Below are positions 55,601-64,000 of a DNA stretch of 64,000 nt, one piece after another. The notes below the pieces were generated by a model. That model did no database searches, was not told where the DNA came from, and saw only the letters and a list, made by a program, of their open reading frames with translations. Source of the stretch: Auanema rhodensis (lineage: Eukaryota; Animalia; Nematoda); contig OZ059900.1 in assembly GCA_964057225.1 (NCBI GenBank), positions 124,001-188,000 of the forward strand, written 5' to 3'. The position numbers and the translations under genes were made by a program. Within the stretch, counting starts at the first letter, position 1; each line of letters starts with the position of its first letter.

Positions 55601-56935
55601 CAAAATCTGTAATACTCGTAAATTTTGATCATATTCGTTAAGATTTGAGAATCAAACACACAATACACGAAATCAGTCTATTTTTATGAGCTTGCACTGA
55701 TATATATTCATTTTGATCAAAAAAGGTCGAAAATAGAAAGAATTTTTGAATTTTCCGAGTTTTGAGTCCAATTGGGCTAAATCGCTCATATATATGATCA
55801 AAAGCATAGTTTTATTGTCTATGACAACAAAAGTCATTAATTAAACACTAATGATGTTTAAATCACTAAATTTCGCTCAAATAGCATTACTACACTAAGT
55901 ATGGTCGTTTTTATGCCTTTAACACCATATACTCACCGATTTTTGGTACAAAATCTGTAATACTCGTAAATTTTGATCATATTCGTTAAGATTTGAGAAT
56001 CAAACACACAATACACAAAATCAGTCTATTTTTATGAGCTTGCACTGATATATATTCATTTTGATCAAAAAAGGTCGAAAATAGAAAGAATTTTTGAAAT
56101 TTCCGAGTTTTGAGTCCAATTTGGCTGAATCGCTCATATATATGATCAAAAGCATAGTTTTATTGTCTATAACAACAAAAGTCATCAATTAAACGCTAGT
56201 GATGTTTTAATACTGAATTTCGCTCAAATAGCATTACTACACTAAGTATGGTCGTTTTTATGCCTTTAACACCATATACTCACCGATTTTTGGTACAAAA
56301 TCTGTAATACTTGTAAATTTTGATCATATTCGTTAAGATTTGAAAATCAAACACACATTGAACAAAATCAGTTTATTTTTATGAGTTTGCACTGATATAT
56401 ATTCATTTTGATCAAAAAAGGTCGAAAATAGAAAGAATTTTTGAATTTTCCGAGTTTTGAGTCCAATTGGGCTAAATCGCTCATATATATGATCAAAAGC
56501 ATAGTTTTATTGTCTATGACAACAAAAGTCATTAATTAAACACTAATGATGTTTAAATCACTAAATTTCGCTCAAATAGCATTACTACACTAAGTATGGT
56601 CGTTTTTATGCCTTTAACACCATATACTCACCGATTTTTGGTACAAAATCTGTAATACTCGTAAATTTTGATCATATTCGTTAAGATTTGAGAATCAAAC
56701 ACACAATACACAAAATCAGTCTATTTTTATGAGCTTGCACTGATATATATTCATTTTGATCAAAAAAGGTCGAAAATAGAAAGAATTTTTGAAATTTCCG
56801 AGTTTTGAGTCTAATTTGGCTAAATCGCTCATATATATGATCAGAAGCATAGTTTTGTTGTCTATGACAACAAAAGTCATCAATTAAACGCTAGTGATGT
56901 TTAAATACTGATTTTCGCTCAAATAGCATTACTAC
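49643..56935 (+). repeat. Higher-order repeat core, copy 4
   Basis: Same marker order. The TTTACG+CATTAGT monomer is at 53810, 16321 bp (47 monomers) after copy 3. It shares private SNPs with copy 3. Confidence 0.88.
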
Positions 56936-58671
56936 ACTAAGTATGGTCGTTTTTATGCCTTTAACACCATATACTCACCGATTTTTGGTACAAAATCTGT
57001 AATACTCGTAAATTTTGATCATATTCGTTAAGATTTGAGAATCAAACACACAATAAACAGAATCAGTCTATTTTTATGAGCTTGCACTGATATATATTCA
57101 TTTTGATCAAAAAAGGTCGAAAATAGAAAGAATTTTTGAAATTTCCGAGTTTTGAGTCTAATTTGGCTAAATCGCTCATATATATGATCAGAAGCATAGT
57201 TTTGTTGTCTATGACAACAAAAGTCATCAATTAAACGCTAGTGATGTTTAAATACTGATTTTCGCTCAAATAGCATTACTACACTAAGTATGGTCGTTTT
57301 TATGCCTTTAACACCATATACTCACCGATTTTTGGTACAAAATCTGTAATACTCGTAAATTTTGATCATATTCGTTAAGATTTGAAAATCAAACACACAA
57401 TAAACAAAATCAGTCTATTTTTATGAGCTTGCACTGATATATATTCATTTTGATCAAAAAAGGTCGAAAATAGAAAGAATTTTTGAAATTTCCGAGTTTT
57501 GAGTCCAATTTGGCTAAATCGCTCATATATATGATCAAAAGCATGGTTTTATTGTCTATAACAACAAAAGTCATCAATTAAACGCTAGTGATGTTTAAAT
57601 ACTGAATTTCGCTCAAATAGCATTACTACACTAAGTATGGTCGTTTTTATGCCTTTAACACCATATACTCACCGATTTTTGGTACAAAATCTGTAATACT
57701 CGTAAATTTTGATCATATTCGTTAAGATTTGAGAATCAAACACACAATACACGAAATCAGTCTATTTTTATGAGCTTGCACTGATATATATTCATTTTGA
57801 TCAAAAAAGGTCGAAAATAGAAAGAATTTTTGAATTTTCCGAGTTTTGAGTCCAATTGGGCTAAATCGCTCATATATATGATCAAAAGCATAGTTTTATT
57901 GTCTATGACAACAAAAGTCATTAATTAAACACTAATGATGTTTAAATCACTAAATTTCGCTCAAATAGCATTACTACACTAAGTATGGTCGTTTTTATGC
58001 CTTTAACACCATATACTCACCGATTTTTGGTACAAAATCTGTAATACTCGTAAATTTTGATCATATTCGTTAAGATTTGAGAATCAAACACACAATACAC
58101 AAAATCAGTCTATTTTTATGAGCTTGCACTGATATATATTCATTTTGATCAAAAAAGGTCGAAAATAGAAAGAATTTTTGAAATTTCCGAGTTTTGAGTC
58201 TAATTTGGCTAAATCGCTCATATATATGATCAAAAGCATAGTTTTATTGTCTATAGCAACAAAAGTCATCAATTAAACGCTAGTGATGTTTAAATACTGA
58301 ATTTCGCTCAAATAGCATTACTACACTAAGTATGGTCGTTTTTATGCCTTTAACACCATATACTCACCGATTTTTGGTACAAAATCTGTAATACTCGTAA
58401 ATTTTGATCATATTCGTTAAGATTCGAGAATCAAACATACAATACACAAAATCAGTCTATTTTTATGAGCTTGCACTGATATATATTCATTTTGATCAAA
58501 AAAGGTCGAAAATAGAAAGAATTTTGGAAATGTCCGAGTTTTGAGTCCAATTTGGCTAAATCGCTCATATATATGATCAAAAGCATAGTTTTATTGTCTA
58601 TAACAACAAAAGTCATCAATTAAACGCTAGTGATGTTTAAATACTGAATTTCGCTCAAATAGCATTACTAC

Positions 58672-60753
58672 ACTAAGTATGGTCGTTTTTATGCCTTTAA
58701 CACCATATACTCACCGATTTTTGGTACAAAATCTGTAATACTCGTAAATTTTGATCATATTCGTTAAGATTTGAGAATCAAACACACAATACACAAAATC
58801 AGTCTATTTTTATGAGCTTGCACTGATATATATTCATTTTGATCAAAAAAGGTCGAAAATAGAAAGAATTTTTGAAATTTCCGAGTTTTGAGTCCAATTT
58901 GGCTAAATCGCTCATATATATGATCAAAAGCATAGTTTTATTGTCTATAACAACAAAAGTCATCAATTAAACGCTAGTGATGTTTTAATACTGAATTTCG
59001 CTCAAATAGCATTACTACACTAAGTATGGTCGTTTTTATGCCTTTAACACCATATACTCACCGATTTTTGGTACAAAATCTGTAATACTTGTAAATTTTG
59101 ATCATATTTGTTAAGATTTGAGAATCAAACACACAATACACAAAATCAGTCTATTTTTATGAGTTTGCACTGATATATATTCATTTTGATCAAAAAAGGT
59201 CGAAAATAGAAAGAATTTTGGAAATGTCCGAGTTTTGAGTCCAATTTGGCTAAATCGCTCATATATATGATCAAAAGCATAGTTTTATTGTCTATAACAA
59301 CAAAAGTCATCAATTAAACGCTAGTGATGTTTAAATACTGAATTTCGCTCAAATAGCATAACTACACTAAGTATGGTCGTTTTTATGCCTTTAACACCAT
59401 ATACTCACCGATTTTTGGTACAAAATCTGTAATACTCGTAAATTTTGATCATATTCGTTAAGATTTGAGAATCAAACATACAATACACGAAATCAGTCTA
59501 TTTTTATGAGCTTGCACTGATATATATTCATTTTGATCAAAAAAGGTCGAAAATAGAAAGAATTTTTGAAATTTCCGAGTTTTGAGTCTAATTTGGCTAA
59601 ATCGCTCATATATATGATCAGAAGCATAGTTTTGTTGTCTATGACAACAAAAGTCATCAATTAAACGCTAGTGATGTTTAAATACTGATTTTCGCTCAAA
59701 TAGCATTACTACACTAAGTATGGTCGTTTTTATGCCTTTAACACCATATACTCACCGATTTTTGGTACAAAATCTGTAATACTCGTAAATTTTGATCATA
59801 TTTGTTAAGATTTGAGAATCAAACACACAATACACAAAATCAGTCTATTTTTATGAGCTTGCACTGATATATATTCATTTTGATCAAAAAAGGTCGAAAA
59901 TAGAAAGAATTTTTGAAATTTCCGAGTTTTGAGTCCAATTTGGCTAAATCGCTCATATATATGATCAAAAGCATAGTTTTATTGTCTATAACAACAAAAG
60001 TCATCAATTAAACGCTAGTGATGTTTTAATACTGAATTTCGCTCAAATAGCATTACTACACTAAGTATGGTCGTTTTTATGCCTTTAACACCATATACTC
60101 ACCGATTTTTGGTACAAAATCTGTAATACTTGTAAATTTTGATCATATTTGTTAAGATTTGAGAATCAAACACACAATACACAAAATCAGTCTATTTTTA
60201 TGAGTTTGCACTGATATATATTCATTTTGATCAAAAAAGGTCGAAAATAGAAAGAATTTTGGAAATGTCCGAGTTTTGAGTCCAATTTGGCTAAATCGCT
60301 CATATATATGATCAAAAGCATAGTTTTATTGTCTATAACAACAAAAGTCATCAATTAAACGCTAGTGATGTTTAAATACTGAATTTCGCTCAAATAGCAT
60401 AACTACACTAAGTATGGTCGTTTTTATGCCTTTAACACCATATACTCACCGATTTTTGGTACAAAATCTGTAATACTCGTAAATTTTGATCATATTCGTT
60501 AAGATTTGAGAATCAAACATACAATACACGAAATCAGTCTATTTTTATGAGCTTGCACTGATATATATTCATTTTGATCAAAAAAGGTCGAAAATAGAAA
60601 GAATTTTTGAAATTTCCGAGTTTTGAGTCTAATTTGGCTAAATCGCTCATATATATGATCAGAAGCATAGTTTTGTTGTCTATGACAACAAAAGTCATCA
60701 ATTAAACGCTAGTGATGTTTAAATACTGATTTTCGCTCAAATAGCATTACTAC
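58672..60753 (+). repeat. Tandem 3-monomer duplication
   Basis: The order near-consensus / GGAAATGT+GCATAAC / AACATAC+TTTTGTTG occurs at 58672-59712 and again at 59713-60753 (offset 1041 bp). Confidence 0.8.
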
Positions 60754-63700
60754 ACTAAGTATGGTCGTTTTTATGCCTTTAACACCATATACTCACCGAT
60801 TTTTGGTACAAAATCTGTAATACTCGTAAATTTTGATCATATTTGTTAAGATTTGAGAATCAAACACACAATACACAAAATCAGTCTATTTTTATGAGCT
60901 TGCACTGATATATATTCATTTTGATCAAAAAAGGTCGAAAATAGAAAGAATTTTTGAAATTTCCGAGTTTTGAGTCCAATTTGGCTAAATCGCTCATATA
61001 TATGATCAAAAGCATAGTTTTATTGTCTAAAACAACAAAAGTCATCAATTAAACGCTAGTGATGTTTAAATACTGAATTTCGCTCAAATAGCATTACTAC
61101 ACTAAGTATGGTCGTTTTTATGCCTTTAACACCATATACTCACCGATTTTTGGTACAAAATCTGTAATACTCGTAAATTTTGATCATATTCGTTAAGATT
61201 TGAAAATCAAACACACAATAAACAAAATCAGTTTATTTTTATGAGTTTGCACTGATATATATTCATTTTGATCAAAAAAGGTCGAAAATAGAAAGAATTT
61301 TTGAATTTTCCGAGTTTTAAGTCCAATTGGGCTAAATCGCTCATATATATGATCAAAAGCATAGTTTTATTGTCTATGACAACAAAAGTCATTAATTAAA
61401 CACTAATGATGTTTAAATCACTAAATTTCGCTCAAATAGCATTACTACACTAAGTATGGTCGTTTTTATGCCTTTAACACCATATACTCACCGATTTTTG
61501 GTACAAAATCTGTAATACTCGTAAATTTTGATCATATTCGTTAAGATTTGAGAATCAAACACACAATACACAAAATCAGTCTATTTTTATGAGCTTGCAC
61601 TGATATATATTCATTTTGATCAAAAAAGGTCGAAAATAGAAAGAATTTTTGAAATTTCCGAGTTTTGAGTCTAATTTGGCTAAATCGCTCATATATATGA
61701 TCAAAAGCATAGTTTTATTGTCTATAACAACAAAAGTCATCAATTAAACGCTAGTGATGTTTTAATACTGAATTTCGCTCAAATAGCATTACTACACTAA
61801 GTATGGTCGTTTTTATGCCTTTAACACCATATACTCACCGATTTTTGGTACAAAATCTGTAATACTTGTAAATTTTGATCATATTTGTTAAGATTTGAGA
61901 ATCAAACACACAATACACAAAATCAGTCTATTTTTATGAGTTTGCACTGATATATATTCATTTTGATCAAAAAAGGTCGAAAATAGAAAGAATTTTTGAA
62001 TTTTCCGAGTTTTAAGTCCAATTGGGCTAAATCGCTCATATATATGATCAAAAGCATAGTTTTATTGTCTATGACAACAAAAGTCATTAATTAAACACTA
62101 ATGATGTTTAAATCACTAAATTTCGCTCAAATAGCATTACTACACTAAGTATGGTCGTTTTTATGCCTTTAACACCATATACTCACCGATTTTTGGTACA
62201 AAATCTGTAATACTCGTAAATTTTGATCATATTCGTTAAGATTTGAGAATCAAACACACAATACACAAAATCAGTCTATTTTTATGAGCTTGCACTGATA
62301 TATATTCATTTTGATCAAAAAAGGTCGAAAATAGAAAGAATTTTTGAAATTTCCGAGTTTTGAGTCTAATTTGGCTAAATCGCTCATATATATGATCAAA
62401 AGCATAGTTTTATTGTCTATAACAACAAAAGTCATCAATTAAACGCTAGTGATGTTTTAATACTGAATTTCGCTCAAATAGCATTACTACACTAAGTATG
62501 GTCGTTTTTATGCCTTTAACACCATATACTCACCGATTTTTGGTACAAAATCTGTAATACTTGTAAATTTTGATCATATTTGTTAAGATTTGAGAATCAA
62601 ACACACAATACACAAAATCAGTCTATTTTTATGAGTTTGCACTGATATATATTCATTTTGATCAAAAAAGGTCGAAAATAGAAAGAATTTTGGAAATGTC
62701 CGAGTTTTGAGTCCAATTTGGCTAAATCGCTCATATATATGATCAAAAGCATAGTTTTATTGTCTATAACAACAAAAGTCATCAATTAAACGCTAGTGAT
62801 GTTTAAATACTGAATTTCGCTCAAATAGCATTACTACACTAAGTATGGTCGTTTTTATGCCTTTAACACCATATACTCACCGATTTTTGGTACAAAATCT
62901 GTAATACTTGTAAATTTTGATCATATTTGTTAAGATTTGAGAATCAAACACACAATACACAAAATCAGTCTATTTTTATGAGTTTGCACTGATATATATT
63001 CATTTTGATCAAAAAAGGTCGAAAATAGAAAGAATTTTGGAAATGTCCGAGTTTTGAGTCCAATTTGGCTAAATCGCTCATATATATGATCAAAAGCATA
63101 GTTTTATTGTCTATAACAACAAAAGTCATCAATTAAACGCTAGTGATGTTTAAATACTGAATTTCGCTCAAATAGCATAACTACACTAAGTATGGTCGTT
63201 TTTATGCCTTTAACACCATATACTCACCGATTTTTGGTACAAAATCTGTAATACTCGTAAATTTTGATCATATTCGTTAAGATTTGAGAATCAAACATAC
63301 AATACACGAAATCAGTCTATTTTTATGAGCTTGCACTGATATATATTCATTTTGATCAAAAAAGGTCGAAAATAGAAAGAATTTTTGAAATTTCCGAGTT
63401 TTGAGTCTAATTTGGCTAAATCGCTCATATATATGATCAGAAGCATAGTTTTGTTGTCTATGACAACAAAAGTCATCAATTAAACGCTAGTGATGTTTAA
63501 ATACTGATTTTCGCTCAAATAGCATTACTACACTAAGTATGGTCGTTTTTATGCCTTTAACACCATATACTCACCGATTTTTGGTACAAAATCTGTAATA
63601 CTCGTAAATTTTGATCATATTCGTTAAGATTTGAGAATCAAACACACAATACACAAAATCAGTCTATTTTTATGAGCTTGCACTGATATATATTCATTTT

Positions 63701-64000
63701 GATCAAAAAAGGTCGAAAATAGAAAGAATTTTTGAAATTTCCGAGTTTTGAGTCCAATTTGGCTAAATCGCTCATATATATGATCAAAAGCATAGTTTTA
63801 TTGTCTATAACAACAAAAGTCATCAATTAAACGCTAGTGATGTTTAAATACTGAATTTCGCTCAAATAGCATTACTACACTAAGTATGGTCGTTTTTATG
63901 CCTTTAACACCATATACTCACCGATTTTTGGTACAAAATCTGTAATACTCGTAAATTTTGATCATATTCGTTAAGATTCGAGAATCAAACATACAATACA

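Larger units (their letters stand above)
1..64000. repeat. Tandem satellite DNA array, 347-bp monomer, ~184.3 copies, probably centromeric/pericentromeric (eukaryote)
   Basis: The anchor ACTAAGTATGGTCG recurs at 1, 348, 695, 1043, 1390, 1738 ... 63532, 63879 with 347/348-bp spacing (337 bp twice), always on the same strand and with no intervening unique sequence. About 71% AT. The centromeric assignment is inferred from array size, homogeneity and monomer length; the repeat call itself is direct. Confidence 0.99.

Noticed and set aside
1-64000. CRISPR array or other repeat-spacer system
   Set aside because: There are no unique spacers: the whole 347-bp unit repeats with only SNP-level differences, and no cas-like or other genes are present.
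1-64000. Protein-coding tandem repeat gene
   Set aside because: The 347-bp unit is not a multiple of 3, units alternate between 347 and 348 bp, and stop triplets are dense on both strands. I saw no credible long ORF, although I did not translate all frames exhaustively.
1-64000. Monomer variant order as an encoded message or barcode system
   Set aside because: The order is adequately explained by nested tandem duplications and chimeric junctions, so no functional code is needed.
1-64000. Assembly or amplification artefact (collapsed or rolling-circle concatemer)
   Set aside because: Hierarchically shared and copy-private SNPs and a shared deletion indicate a real evolutionary history. Individual duplications still need read-level confirmation.

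Overview
The whole 64-kb window is one uninterrupted, head-to-tail, same-orientation array of an AT-rich satellite (about 29% GC by hand count of one monomer). The monomer is 347 bp; it is 348 bp in the subtype carrying a 1-bp insertion and 337 bp in two deleted copies. I count 184 complete monomers plus a partial one (63879-64000), which differ from consensus by only a few percent. I found no genes, RNA genes, transposons, CRISPR arrays or inversions. The organisation is typical of eukaryotic centromeric or pericentromeric satellite DNA, but I cannot name the species or family from sequence alone. Diagnostic SNPs show structure at several scales. (i) The monomer looks like an ancient diverged dimer of about 170 + 177 bp. 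(ii) It is rich in short dyads and ~10-bp-phased A/T tracts, and several variants perfect quasi-palindromes. (iii) There are local 1-, 2-, 3-, 4-, 6- and 8-monomer duplications with chimeric junction monomers. (iv) A large, variable-length higher-order repeat (36, 49 and 47 monomers; about 12.5-17 kb) occurs four times and splits into two lineages (copies 1+2 and copies 3+4). All typing was done by eye. I see no evidence for a novel gene system; the interest lies in the array's architecture and mutational record.
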